Numbered from the whole stretch's first letter, positions 40,184 through 51,980 are shown. The stretch: 63,980 nt of DNA, filler included, from 10 parts of 10 records of this genome joined end to end with filler, not necessarily neighbours in it; one strand, 5' to 3'. A program made the numbers and translations. Notes: generated by a model from the letters alone, not told the origin.

Positions 40184-40230
40184 ATAGGATAGCCGGGGCT
40201 GTTACCAAGAGCCCTCTAAGAACCGTGCGT
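40184..40230 (-). mobile_element. Group II intron 3' remnant (3' strand of domain V + domain VI)
   Basis: Minus strand ACGCACGGTTCTTAGAGGGCTCTTGGTAACAGCCCCGGCTATCCTAT; 5' strand of domain V missing. Confidence 0.55.
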
Positions 40231-40301
40231 CTATCCACCGGGGGAATCACAGATTACGTGTAATGAAAGCTGAGCATCACAACCATACCCTTACCATTTT
40301 G

Positions 40302-40401
40302 NNNNNNNNNNNNNNNNNNNNNNNNNNNNNNNNNNNNNNNNNNNNTTAATTAATTAANNNNNNNNNNNNNNNNNNNNNNNNNNNNNNNNNNNNNNNNNNN
40401 N
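40302..40401. other. Artificial contig-joining spacer
   Basis: N44-TTAATTAATTAA-N44. Confidence 0.99.
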
Positions 40402-42236
40402 GGGGAGTGCCAGCGGACGCCGAACCCGGCACCGTATTGTAATTTCATGCGGGAATAATCGTTGAATGCATTACCGACATCGGTAAACAACGCCACACTC
40501 CATACATCTTTTATCCGGTGTTCGTATTCCGCACTGACATTGAGAAAATGACGCCCTTCCACCAGGGTATCCATGCCGTTCAACTCTTCATAATCATAAC
40601 CTCGGACACTGCGATCTCCACCGGTACTGAATTGCAAGGCTTTCGGCAAGATCGCTTCATTATATTCTAATAGTAAATCGACCATTTCACAGTCTGTGTA
40701 CGCTGCATCGAATCGTCCGATAAATCGTCCTGATTTCCCAAGAGTGCGAACCAATTTGTTCATCACACGAGCTTGGAAGAAAGAGAAATTGGAGCCAAGG
40801 GACTCGCTCGTACCTTTCAAAGTCAAACCGACCTGCCATCCCCGTTGGGCATACGATCTATTGTCCGCGGCTGTGACACTCCAACTGATGGAGGGAATCA
40901 AAGCACGAAAGTTCGGCTCTAAAATTTCCAATTCTTCCGGAAGTAAAATTTCCCGATAGGCATCCACATCTTCTGCAACGGCTATCAACTCCAGCAGATT
41001 ATAATATTCCCACATGTATTCCAAAGAGATGGTTTCGCTGACTCCCCATCGCTTAAGTATATTTCCGAAAATGGTTTGAGAATGGTCGTGGCTGATTCGA
41101 AAAGAAAAGGTGTTGTCCCGGGTAACGCCTCCGGGTGCATCATTGTTTTCGGATAAATCACCCAGGTCTTCATACGGATAATCTTCGCCTTTATGATTCA
41201 GGCTGATTTCCCAATAGTTCTCATTGATATGTCCACTGGGGACGATGTAAGCAAATTTGGCCGCAATTTTTTTTATGCTGGGCGGCACTGAGTTTTCCTC
41301 TCAGACGATGCCCCGATTGGTTGAGGTAATGTCGTTGCCAGTCTGTGCCGAAACGCAATTGAGAATCGGTTCCAAAGCCCATCCGCAGGGTGTATCTATC
41401 TCTTCGTTTGGGCTCCGGATAAACTTCCAGCTGGACACCCGCGATTTCTTCAATTTTCTTTTGGTCAATATTTACCTGGCTGAAGTAATCACTGTTGTCG
41501 AGTGCGGTACGAAATTTCAGCAACGTATTGATGGAGTAGGGATCACCCGGTTGAAATGTGACAAAATCTTCTAAAAATTCTTCTTTGAAATCCGACTGCC
41601 GGAAAATGACTGGTAACAGACAATACCGGGACCCCGTATCCATGGCAAGATGAATTTTTGCATGATACGCCTGCTCATCGATGGTGATCCGGCTGTGGGT
41701 GAGGGTTGCATCAAAATATCCTCTGTCTTCACTCAAAACCGTCAATTGTCGCTTGGCATTTTCGTATTGAACTTGATTTAAGATCTCTCCTTTTTTAAGG
41801 GAAGATCTTTTACAATATCCATAAAAACCGGATCGACCAGGGCGTCTCCGGTAATGTCGATGGTTACCTCCGTCACCATCAACGGAGGCCCGAGAGTAAC
41901 GTCATATACGGCTCGCCACTGATCAGCTTCTTTATCATGATACAATGTTGTCTTGATTTCCGGACGATAATACCCAAAAGGGTTGACCGCCCGGGTGATC
42001 TCCGCTTCGGCTTTGGCATGAGACCGTTTTATGACGCCTGAAGTGAGCCTTTTACGTTTCTTTTGGCGAACGATGCTTAAATGGGCCATGATATTGTCAA
42101 ATATCGACCCTTCCACACCAATGACCTCGACCATCAGCGATTCGGCACCCTGGGCGGTAACCGGTAGTACTAAAAGCATCAACATACCAACTATTAAACC
42201 GTTGATTCCAGGCCATGGTGAGTGTCGCAGCATCAT
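40402..42236 (-). CDS. tamA: TamA / Omp85 family outer-membrane protein, two frameshifts (near 41795 and 41270), 3' truncated
   Basis: POTRA PFGYYRP and RGYFDA...DTGSRY; barrel FSTGGDRSVRGY, ALFTDVGNAF, GAGFGVRWHS; breaks at A-runs. Confidence 0.85.
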
Positions 42237-42275
42237 TGTCGTTTTTCAATATTTCAGAATTGAGTATTTATTATT

Positions 42276-42776
42276 TCACTTCTTAATTTCAACTTCCTGC
42301 CATTGTTGATTCGGTGCGGTATTGCAATCCCAAATTTGGACATGGCCGCCGTTTTTATGCAGATCCGGCCCGGCAACATCAAGGCATTTTCCTCCGTCAT
42401 TGACAAGACGTCCGCTATCTACCCTCCATTTTTGATTGGGGCTGTCATTTGAGTCGCCCACCTGCACACGTCCACCGTTCTTTTGTAAATCCGGGGCGGC
42501 AACCTCGAGACATTTTTGATTGATATTTTTAATCTTACCATCTCTAAAAAACCAACGTTGACTGGGGTCATCACTGCAATCAAATATTTTTACTTCATCG
42601 CCGACAATACCCAGGCATTTTCCACCGCCATTTTTCAATTGCTTATTGTAAAGCCTCAGCTCAAGGGCATTTCTCAATCCCTTCAGTTTTTCTTTGGAAG
42701 GTAAATCCCCCCATACGTTGGAAGTACTGATGATAAGAGCAATACACGCAAAACCTATTTTTTTCACCATAATCAA
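42276..42776 (-). CDS. Secreted ricin B-type lectin (QxW repeats)
   Basis: Three KCL...QRW / QKW / QQW repeats after a signal peptide. Confidence 0.88.
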   Translation of the reverse strand: MIMVKKIGFACIALIISTSNVWGDLPSKEKLKGLRNALELRLYNKQLKNGGGKCLGIVGDEVKIFDCSDDPSQRWFFRDGKIKNINQKCLEVAAPDLQKNGGRVQVGDSNDSPNQKWRVDSGRLVNDGGKCLDVAGPDLHKNGGHVQIWDCNTAPNQQWQEVEIKK

Positions 42777-43004
42777 TCTCCTTGAACACTTTGGATCACT
42801 TTATTTTCATCTTCACTAATAACTGATTAGAATTAAGAATTAACATGATAATAAATCAAAATAAATCCTTTAATCATGAAATCATGGTTCAAAAAGTATA
42901 AGTTGAAAAAAATAACCAAACCTGATATCACATTTTGAGTATACTATTGATTTTTCATGGTAACCCTTTTTTTCACATGAAAACTTCATGGAGGAAGTTT
43001 CAGA

Positions 43005-45619
43005 TTATAGCGCCCAAACATGAATCACGGCGGCATTTTCGTTCTGGTATCCCCCAAGCCCTCTTTCTATGATGAAAAGACGTCCACCGATGTTGTCCGC
43101 AGCCATCCCCCCAACATCCGCGCAGGTGTACCCCTGGGCATCCATTAGATAGAATTCGGCAGGTCGCCAAACGGCATAGGGAAGTACACTCCAGGGATCT
43201 GTCGTCCCCATGGCAGCTTGGCCGACGTCCTCCGGATCATAAAATATGACTTGTCTTTCATAGGGCCCGCAGTGGTATCCACGATCTTCATTACAGAAAA
43301 GATCGCATTCTCCGGGAAGAGGATTCTGGTGACATTGGGGATCATCCGTTGATTCAGTACAATAGTAACAATTCGTGCTTCCTTTCAACCCACTGATGAG
43401 AATGGCATTTTTTGAGCCGCTTTCCACAAAATCGGCACCGGTCCAGGCATCACACATGGTAAATCCGGGATAATCACACTCCACGGGCGTTCCCCCGACG
43501 CCAATGTCAGGCCCTGCACATCCGGGATATTTGGACCGGTAGTAAACCATGGGCAGCGCATCCAGGTTTCCGCTGGGGGTTTCCGTTTGCCAGGGGTGAA
43601 ATGCAAACAACGTCGGCCCCTGAGATCCCCCGGCCACACTCACCTCTTCCCCGTTGACCGGTGTTCCCCTGGATCTGCCGGTAACAAGAGTCCTACCGCC
43701 AAGGTATCGATCTGCATACCATTGAGGTACGCTGAACAGGTAATCCCCCATTTTTCTTCCATGATAGGGCGAGCTTTCGGGTCCGACATGAAATAGTCCT
43801 CGGGGATTGGATCCATCCGGTTCATTGAACCAGATGGTGGGAAATGAGTTTTCTCCAAAGTCGCCTTCGGGATACCACGCATTTAAAGAGGCGTAAATTT
43901 TGTCGGTGGTCTGGGAACCTTGGGAAGGCACATATTCAATTCCGGTGACAAAGCCGTAGGATGTTAAATTGTGAACCAATCCACCGTCAAATGCCGTCAT
44001 TTCGCGGAGGTATTCCGCCGTTGGCAGATCTTCCCAGTCGGCTGCGGATTGCGGCATTGGAATGGCAATTTCCGCATAATAGGCCCGGCATCCGGTGCTT
44101 TCTTCGTAGCAAACCTCACCGGAATCGTCTTGCGTGGCCTGAGAACCTGTCACCAGCAGAGATCCGGCACCGCCGTTTCCTTCCGGATAATATGAGAGCC
44201 CTTGTGCACCCCAGTTGAAGGCATCAGGCAGACGGAACGCCCCGCGGTATTGGAAATCGCCGGATTGAAGCCGTTCCGACGACACTGGGTCACTGCCCTT
44301 CTCGGTGACTGTCACCATGACATAATCATAGTACAGATCTTCAAAATCCAACATCCCATTCATGATTCGATCCACTGCAAAGCAGAAGATATGGGTACCG
44401 GCTTCCAATGCTGAAAGGGTAGAAACCGGAATGGATGGAATGGTGGTCAGTTCCATCTGGAGAAATGGGTTAATGGAATATTGAGAAAACGACAGGGTAT
44501 CCAGATTGAACGTCAGCCATGTGCCGTCGGGTGTTCCATGAAGCAACCACCAGTCGGCGGTTGTGCCTGAAAATGTACCGGAATCAAGGGCCACCGAAAC
44601 AGTGATGTCCTGGGAAGTATCGATTGAAACGGAGCTGTCCGACTCATTGATCTTGATATCGGCACTTGGCAAAATGTCCACCGGGGTCGGATCGGTTCCC
44701 CCGTTGCGCCATTGGTTGTAATAGGCATTCAACAAAGGAACAAATTGATCGGTGGCTTTCCGATGGCCCTCACTGCTGGGATGGCTATCCCAGGTATCGG
44801 CCGCATAGTACGCAAAATTGTTGCCCCCTTCCGTGACATGCTCCATGGCGCCATTGACATATTGATGGCGATTATTCTCTCCGGTCAGTACATTGAAATA
44901 ATCGAACACGGCAACATTATCATGGGGATATTCCTCTAACCACTCATTGACCAGCCAGTTGTTGATCGCTCTGGCATTGGCTGCGCGGTGGGCAGGGGTC
45001 TGGTAGTCGCTTCCGTAAGCGTCTGCAAGTTGGGGGGCGGGGTAATCAGAATAAACAGCTTATCCAATCGCGTGGCAAAATAGGTCAAAAGACGGGTGTA
45101 AACGGCCTTGGCATTTTCAACCGTGTACTGCTCGTTGATTTCAGATGCCGGCGGATCATCGGGATCCCCGAACAGATCGGAATTGGGAAAACATGATTTA
45201 ATCATGATGATCTCATTCTCTCCGCCGGGATCGGTTGATAATTGCGGCCATGCGCCGTATTCTTGGATGTTTTGACCGGTTTCCCCATAAAGGGCGCTTA
45301 AAATTGCGCTGCTGTTCGATCCGGCAAACCACTCCGGCCAATTGGGAATATCCGTCCGGTCACCGATGCCGTCGGGTCCCCAGCCGTAATTTGTTGCGCT
45401 GACAAAATAATTGTTATCCATCAATACCCGTCCCAAGCCGCCGGAAGGCTGATCATCTGTATGATCCGCCAGCCAATTTCCCCCGGTGGAGTGGTGGATA
45501 AAAACAACTTTCACCGGAGATGCGGGAGGTGCCGTGTTTGCAATCGCCGCATGTACTGATGCGACAATGAGAAGCATCACCATGGGCCCGAGAAAAAAGA
45601 GTGCTTTTTTGAATCTCAT
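43005..45619 (-). CDS. Large secreted multidomain protein (SGNH-like N-domain + unknown C-domain), frameshift near 45035
   Basis: ORFs 44936-45619 and 43005-44909 join across the G6 run at 45032-45037 (PQLADAY...NARAINNWL...VAVFDYF); FIHHSTG and DSHPSSEGH motifs. Confidence 0.65.
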
Positions 45620-45743
45620 CCTATATCCTCCTTCGTGTAATTGTTTTTAAAAAAAGCAAACCGTCAAATTCAATTTTTTTGAAATTACCGTTTTGAAGCA
45701 ATTTTTCTGAACGTCACTTGTCCGGAATGTCGGTTCGAGGGGG

Positions 45744-45843
45744 NNNNNNNNNNNNNNNNNNNNNNNNNNNNNNNNNNNNNNNNNNNNTTAATTAATTAAN
45801 NNNNNNNNNNNNNNNNNNNNNNNNNNNNNNNNNNNNNNNNNNN
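45744..45843. other. Artificial contig-joining spacer
   Basis: N44-TTAATTAATTAA-N44. Confidence 0.99.
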
Positions 45844-46255
45844 GCGTAAAACCGCCCGTATAGCCACTGAGATCAGACCAATTGGTAAAGTATTGTAAAA
45901 GGAACTGTAGATATCCACCGTTGTATCCTTCTTTTTACACGGATGCAAGATACGGTTGGATGGGGACGTAAACGAGTATCCCTATGAGGAACGGTACGAG
46001 CAAGCGCAAAACACGCTCTTTGATGTATTGCCTCGGAGTACGTTTTTTCAGCGCGAAGTGTGTGGACATGCCTGCGATGGTGAACAGCAGCGGCATAAAC
46101 CAAAACCAAGTATAGAGTGCGAAAAACGAGGGGGCGGCCAGTGGCGGCTGCATGATATAGAAGTCCTCCCACATGTAGTATATCATGGATGTATGGAACG
46201 GGAAGAGCAGAAATATAACGAAGATTCGTAGCCAGTCAAGGCCGTATTGTCTCAT
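45844..46255 (-). pseudogene. Acyltransferase-3 family gene with an in-frame TAA at 45935-45937 (3' truncated)
   Basis: RQYGLDWLR, WFMPLLF..AG, ERVLRLLVP; the frame continues KEGYNGGY...GYTGGFT after the stop. Confidence 0.7.
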
Positions 46256-46345
46256 GAATGAACTCTTTTTGTAGTTCGTTCTATGTTATGATTGTACCAT
46301 GCGACGGATGAAATATCTATGATTTTTTACAATTATCAGGGAACG

Positions 46346-46379
46346 AAAAGCACCCCGCAAACGGATGCCTGCGGGGTGC
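46346..46379 (-). terminator. Rho-independent terminator downstream of ferritin
   Basis: GCACCCCGCA...TGCGGGGTGC stem followed by TTTT on the minus strand. Confidence 0.7.
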
Positions 46380-46397
46380 GTGGTTTATCGTGTGTTT

Positions 46398-46901
46398 TTA
46401 CACAGGAACCTGCGAAGCCTTACGCGCTGCGGCTTCTTTGTCGAGGTGATAAAGGCCCATACCTTCTTTACCTACTAGCTTAATCTGGCCGATCATAAGG
46501 GTGAAAGACTCTTCCTCTTCGACTTGTTCGTCCACGAACCAGTTCAAAAAATTTACCGCTGCATAGTCCTGCGTTTCGTGTGCGATACTCATCAGTAGGT
46601 TGATGCGTGCCGTTACGGTTTTTTCGTGGTTAAGCCCGGTCTCAAATGCGTTGAGCAATGAATCAAATTCGGTCGGCGGGTTTTTGAACCCTTGGATGAT
46701 AACCTTTTGATCGCGGGTGTTCAAATAGTTATAAAACCTCATCGCGTGCTGCATTTCTTCGTCTTTCTGCTGTAAGAACCAGTTTTCGAAGCCCGGCAGG
46801 TCGTTTTGAGCTACGAATGCCGCCATCGAAAGGTAAAAATGTGCCGAGTAGAATTCTAACGTAATCTGCTTGTTGATTTCGTCAGCGAGTTTCTTATTCA
46901 T
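46398..46901 (-). CDS. ftnA: Non-heme ferritin
   Basis: INKQITLEFYSAHFY, EEMQHA, HEKTVT..I, FLNWFVDEQVEEE. Confidence 0.95.
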   Translation of the reverse strand: MNKKLADEINKQITLEFYSAHFYLSMAAFVAQNDLPGFENWFLQQKDEEMQHAMRFYNYLNTRDQKVIIQGFKNPPTEFDSLLNAFETGLNHEKTVTARINLLMSIAHETQDYAAVNFLNWFVDEQVEEEESFTLMIGQIKLVGKEGMGLYHLDKEAAARKASQVPV

Positions 46902-47063
46902 GATTGTCTCCTTCCGCTTGTTTAGACAAGCGCATCAATCTGGTACATATAAACGATATCATAAACGAGCAATATTGCAGTAATATTGTCACACAACTTT
47001 ATTATAATCTACGTTTATTTGGTAATCAAGCGAATGTGCGGGAAACCGCGCGATGCATAAAAG

Positions 47064-48692
47064 CTACTCGTCGACGGCCAGCCGTTCAGTTGCTTGCGGT
47101 TCATGGAGAGGCCTGCTAAAATAGTAGCCCTGAATGATATCGCAGCCCATTTCGCCAAGCGTGCCCATCTGTTCGGGAGTTTCGACGCCTTCCGCGACGA
47201 TTTCCCAGTCGAGGTCGTGCAGCAGCTTGATGAGACCGCGCAAAAACGCGTCGCCACGCGGCTCGTGCAGTTGATCCACAAAAAATTTATCAATCTTGAT
47301 GCAGTCGACTGGTAAGTCCATCAGATTTAGCAGCGAATTATAACCGGTACCAAAGTCATCAAGCGACACGCGCACGCCGGCATTTCTGATAACGGATAGC
47401 CAGTCTTTTGCGCCAGTGGTGTTTTCGATAATGGCGCGTTCGGTAATCTCAAACTCGATACAGCAGGGATCGATTCCGTGGGTATGCAGCAGCTGCCTAG
47501 TATATTCAATAAGTGACATGTCTCGCAAATCTTGTGATGAGATGTTGACAGCCACTTTTGTATGGATACCTTGGCTTTTCCATTCGGTCAGCTGTGCGAT
47601 CGACTTGGCGATAACAAGCCTTGTAATTTGCCCAATAAGCCCGACATCTTCGGCGATCTTGACGATTTGCGCAGGATTGATGCTGACGCCGGAAAGGCGC
47701 AGCAGTGCTTCAACACCGTTGATTCTGTCGGTCCGCATGTCGAACTTTGGCTGGTAGACGAGGTAAAACATATCTTTTTCGATCGCGTTATAGATAGTGA
47801 GCAGTGTGGTATACATATCGATGCTATTTTTTACGGCGAGCTGATTGTAGATGACGATACGCTTGCCCAATTGTTCAGCTTGATCGAGCGAACGACCGAG
47901 CATTTGGACGATGTCTTCCGCGGATGTTGCCTGCGTTGGGTAATGTACAATACCGCAGCGAAGATTCGCCGAAATGGGTATGATTTCGGAGCCGGCGTCG
48001 ATTGGTTTGTCAAAGTGGCTTACAAAAGTTCGCCCAATATTATATGCTTCCTGTGCGCTGTTTTTGTTTAGTAGTGCAACGAACTTGTTGTCTGAATATG
48101 CGTAGATATTGCCTTGGCCAAACACATGCTCTGCGATATCAAGTATTTTTCGACGTGCGTAGCGACCTGGATTGTACCCGAGATAACGGTTGATGAATTC
48201 GAAGTTTTCGAATTTGAATACCATAAGAGAAAAGTGGATATCGGGTGATTTAGCGACAGCTTCCTTGAGCGTTTTTGAAAGCTTGGCATTATTGGGCAGA
48301 CCGGTGGTGAGGTTGATATATGTTTTCTTTTGTTCCAGCGCGGTCGCGAGCTTGAGCCGTGTTGCCATAGTGTTGATGATCAGTGCGACACCGAGATAGA
48401 CAGGGATACGGATCAGCCATGCGGGGAAACGCTGCATGATGTTTTCCGCGACGTTCAGCGGCATCCACGGGCCGAGCGAAATGCTGGCGAGAGCGGTGAC
48501 GATCAAGCTGCGCGGCAAATCGAAATGAAACGCCGCAAATACAATGGGGATGTACATTAGATGCGCGCAAGCGTTTTGCGTACCGCCCGATAGGTAGATA
48601 ATGAAATCAACGGCAAATATCGATGCGATAATGATCGCATAATGCCAAGGCGACTTAAGCATATGGTTCGTTTTGTGTAGTTTGTCTGGCAT
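47064..48692 (-). CDS. Membrane EAL phosphodiesterase with degenerate GGDEF domain
   Basis: N-terminal TM helices; LTTGLPN but no GGDEF; YQPK, GVEALLR, EITE, LDDFGTG, IKIDK, AEGVE, QGYYFS. Confidence 0.9.
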   Translation of the reverse strand: MPDKLHKTNHMLKSPWHYAIIIASIFAVDFIIYLSGGTQNACAHLMYIPIVFAAFHFDLPRSLIVTALASISLGPWMPLNVAENIMQRFPAWLIRIPVYLGVALIINTMATRLKLATALEQKKTYINLTTGLPNNAKLSKTLKEAVAKSPDIHFSLMVFKFENFEFINRYLGYNPGRYARRKILDIAEHVFGQGNIYAYSDNKFVALLNKNSAQEAYNIGRTFVSHFDKPIDAGSEIIPISANLRCGIVHYPTQATSAEDIVQMLGRSLDQAEQLGKRIVIYNQLAVKNSIDMYTTLLTIYNAIEKDMFYLVYQPKFDMRTDRINGVEALLRLSGVSINPAQIVKIAEDVGLIGQITRLVIAKSIAQLTEWKSQGIHTKVAVNISSQDLRDMSLIEYTRQLLHTHGIDPCCIEFEITERAIIENTTGAKDWLSVIRNAGVRVSLDDFGTGYNSLLNLMDLPVDCIKIDKFFVDQLHEPRGDAFLRGLIKLLHDLDWEIVAEGVETPEQMGTLGEMGCDIIQGYYFSRPLHEPQATERLAVDE

Positions 48693-49356
48693 ATTACCTC
48701 TTATTTAACCGATCAGTTCAGAGCATTAGTGACTTTGTAAGATGAAAAGCGGACAAGAGTTAATGTACATTCCAATGTATATTACTTACCTCAAATCCAT
48801 GAGAGTGAAACAGCTTTTTGAATATTTTTATTGTTTTTTCTAAAGAATAAGTCTGAGGTGAAGGAAGTGTTCGTTATGACATGAACCGGCAACTCAAAAC
48901 GTCACGCGGAATTTATGGAAGCGATATTTAGTCCGGGTGACAACGACCCGCCGCTATGATGCGGCGGTATGCGCAGAAGGGCGGGGTTTCCTGCCCTTCT
49001 GCTTGTCAAAGAACCTTTAGTTTCCCGCCAGTTTTCTTGCTTTGTACGCTTCGCCTCGTTTCTCACGCAATAATACGTTTGAAACTTTGTAAAGCCACAA
49101 GGTGTGGGAAGAGGTGGGGTATGCCCGCCTTGCCCGTAAATTGAAATGAATGCTAAAAAAACAATTTGGATCAGAACAAGTTTAGATGAGAATACAAAAA
49201 AATATGGTATAATATAGATATTATAGCCATCTTGAGCGTATGATGCGTGTGCCGGTACGTTTGAAACGGTACGGACAGGAGGCGCGGTAAGGTGGGGTGT
49301 GACGCGGTTGATTTGCATAATCCGTAAGACAGCATATGCGTCGAAAGGAGCGGGTA

Positions 49357-49785
49357 ATGAAGATCAGCATGATTGTGTATTCAAAAACGGGGCATACAGA
49401 GTTTGCCGCACGCAAGGTGTGTGAACGGCTGCGCGGCGGTGGACACGAGGTGAACTTCAAGAAGATTGAGCAGATACATACGGTGGATTTTAACGTGGAC
49501 GCGCTGCTGCTTTGCAGCCCGATACACGGCGGCGAACCGGCACGGCCGATGAAGGGCTTTTTATCAGAAAACGTCGAACGGTTCAAAGGCAAAAAGGCGG
49601 CGGTGTTGATGACGGGAGGCATGTGGAAGTCGTTTCGTGACGTGGGTGTGCGCCAATTTAAAAGGATGTGCGTTGATACGGGTCTTGAGGTGCTTGGAGG
49701 CGCAAGTGTTGGTTGGACTGGACGACTAAAGCGGATAAAGCGCATTTGTGATGCGGCGGAGGCACTGGCAAATTGTTTGGATTAG
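49357..49785 (+). CDS. Flavodoxin family protein
   Basis: GAAAGGAG RBS; IVYSKTGHT, LCSPIHGG, FKGKKAAV. Confidence 0.8.
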   Translation: MKISMIVYSKTGHTEFAARKVCERLRGGGHEVNFKKIEQIHTVDFNVDALLLCSPIHGGEPARPMKGFLSENVERFKGKKAAVLMTGGMWKSFRDVGVRQFKRMCVDTGLEVLGGASVGWTGRLKRIKRICDAAEALANCLD

Positions 49786-50219
49786 GATGACAATTTGTGC
49801 TTTAGAACATGATGATACATAGCCGAGGATTATTCGCATCGGGAAGGCAACGCCGATTTTTACGGTATAGTCGAGTGGATATAACATTCCAAAGAGTGGG
49901 AGTCTTTCTTGCGCTTTGTTTGATGTTTGGCTGGTGATTATAGTTTTTCAAACACAGACACCATAGAGCTACGAAAGACAAGCTTCGTCATGTTTCTTGT
50001 TTTGGTTTTTTTATGTCAATTTCACGCGTGGCGGTTTTTTGTATGTTTTGTTATAATGGGCTTAACAAATACACTGTTAAGGTGAGGAGCGGGAAAAGTG
50101 TTGTTGCGTCGGTGCACGTGGGGCTTACCTGAAACGGTTACGCGCTGAGTACACCACGATAAACGAACAAAGAATAGATGTTGTCTGATAAAATAGAAGA
50201 GTGTTGAAGGGAATGGAAT

Positions 50220-50609
50220 ATGGATACGAGCATGATCGCGCCGTGCGGCATGAACTGCGGGCTGTGCATGGCGTACCAAAGGAGTAAAAACCAGTGCCTT
50301 GGCTGCCGTTCGCCGCGAGACGTGATGATGAAGACGTGTCGCGAGTGTATTATCGCGCTGTGCGACAAGCGGAAGGACAAGGAAGCGGACTTTTGCTTTG
50401 TGTGCGATGAATATCCGTGTAAGCGGCTGAAGGCGATGGATAAACGGTACCGCACCAAGTACAACATGAGCGAGATCGAGAACCTAGAATATATCCGAGA
50501 GTACGGTGTGGAGGCGTTCGTAGAGCATGAAAAGGAGCGCTGGAAGTGCGATACGTGCGGCGGTGTGATCTGTGTGCATAAGTTTAAGTGCATGAAATGC
50601 GAAGGGTAA
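50220..50609 (+). CDS. DUF3795 Cys-rich protein
   Basis: IAPCGMNCGLC, CLGCR, FCFVCDEYPC, WKCDTCGG. Confidence 0.85.
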   Translation: MDTSMIAPCGMNCGLCMAYQRSKNQCLGCRSPRDVMMKTCRECIIALCDKRKDKEADFCFVCDEYPCKRLKAMDKRYRTKYNMSEIENLEYIREYGVEAFVEHEKERWKCDTCGGVICVHKFKCMKCEG

Positions 50610-50745
50610 AGGAGAGCATACGAACGTACATATCACAGCGGACTATATACGAATACTGGAGAAGCATGGGCGAATGGATGAATCCCTGACGGAAGGTTTG
50701 TGGGGGAGGTTTTGACATTATAGAACTGACATAGAGAGGAACGAT

Positions 50746-51880
50746 ATGTACCGATTTCGAAGTGTAGAGAATCTGCTGACTGAGCATAATGAGCTGGAGC
50801 GCCAAGCGGTGTTTTTTGCTGCACCGGAAGAGCTAAGCGACACGGCAGAAGCAACGTTGGTGTGGGGCGGTGATATCGTGAAGTGGCGCAATCTGCTTGC
50901 AAATTATCTGCTGTGCGTTTTTCATACCGCGCTGAGCGATACGGACGATTTTGCGCTCCCGATTTATGAGACAGAGTCGGCACTCAGCGAAGAGCATGTC
51001 GCGCTGTACCAAAAGGCCGAGGTTTCATTCTTTGTACAGAAGATCGTGGCGGAGTTGACGCATGTGCTTGCGGGTAAGAAGACGGCGGTCAAGCGCGAAG
51101 AGGTGCTGTTTTACTTAAAATGTATCCACAACACGGCGGCAGGCGCGGTTGCGCAGGTGCTGGGGCAGGAAACAAAGGCGGTGCTGGAGAAAACAAACGG
51201 GTTTGAGAAGGCGTTTCTCGATCAAACAGTGTTGCTCGCCAAGCCTGCGTGGTTTGCTGCTTGTTTTTTAACAAACTGCACGGACAATGTGGTTTGGGAG
51301 CGGTATGGGCAGGATCATCAGGGCGTGTGTTTGAAGTATCGAGATAAGGAGATTTACGGGCAGAAGACGCTGGCGCTGACATGGCAGGAAGTGCCGGGTG
51401 AAGAGCAAGACGAGGAAGAACAAGAATCGCCCGAGTATTTTAATCATACGTTCAAGCAAGTTGGTTACACGGATGAGCCTATCGTGCTGAACTTTTTTGA
51501 CGCGGTAGGCGATCTGCCGCTGCCCGATGCGGTACAGCAGTGGTACAGTGCGGGCAGTATGAGCGACAAGGTGATGCAGGACGCTTCCTTTGGTGCGTGG
51601 ATGAAGAGGTTTTGGCAGCAGTTTGAGCGTAGTGTAACTACGAAGCCGGCACAGTTTGCAGCGGACGGCGAGTATCGCATTATCCTATCTGAGCATTTTC
51701 TTGAAAGGGATGACAAGGCGGGGCGGACGTTCAGCTATGCGTTTGACGACCTTGAAGCGGTGATTTTTGGTGCAAAGACGCCAGATTTGGTGCGTGTTGA
51801 GATCATTGATATCATTGAGCGAAAGTGCAACGAGACCGGGCGGCAGAGCTTTGATTTCTATCAGGCTAAGCAGGTGCCGG
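50746..51880 (+). CDS. DUF2971-like protein (3' truncated)
   Basis: YRFRS, FAAPEELSD, ACF...VWERYGQDHQGVCLKY, K...EYRII, LEAVIFGAK. Confidence 0.75.
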
Positions 51881-51980
51881 NNNNNNNNNNNNNNNNNNNN
51901 NNNNNNNNNNNNNNNNNNNNNNNNTTAATTAATTAANNNNNNNNNNNNNNNNNNNNNNNNNNNNNNNNNNNNNNNNNNNN
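51881..51980. other. Artificial contig-joining spacer
   Basis: N44-TTAATTAATTAA-N44. Confidence 0.99.

Noticed and set aside
27688-45619. Programmed frameshifting or phase variation in the SSS, TamA and SGNH-like genes
   Set aside because: Breaks are frequent in unrelated contigs and fall in short homopolymers, which fits sequencing error better
48973-49075. GC hairpin upstream of the EAL gene as a c-di-GMP riboswitch
   Set aside because: No GEMM consensus recognised; more likely a terminator or repeat-element fragment
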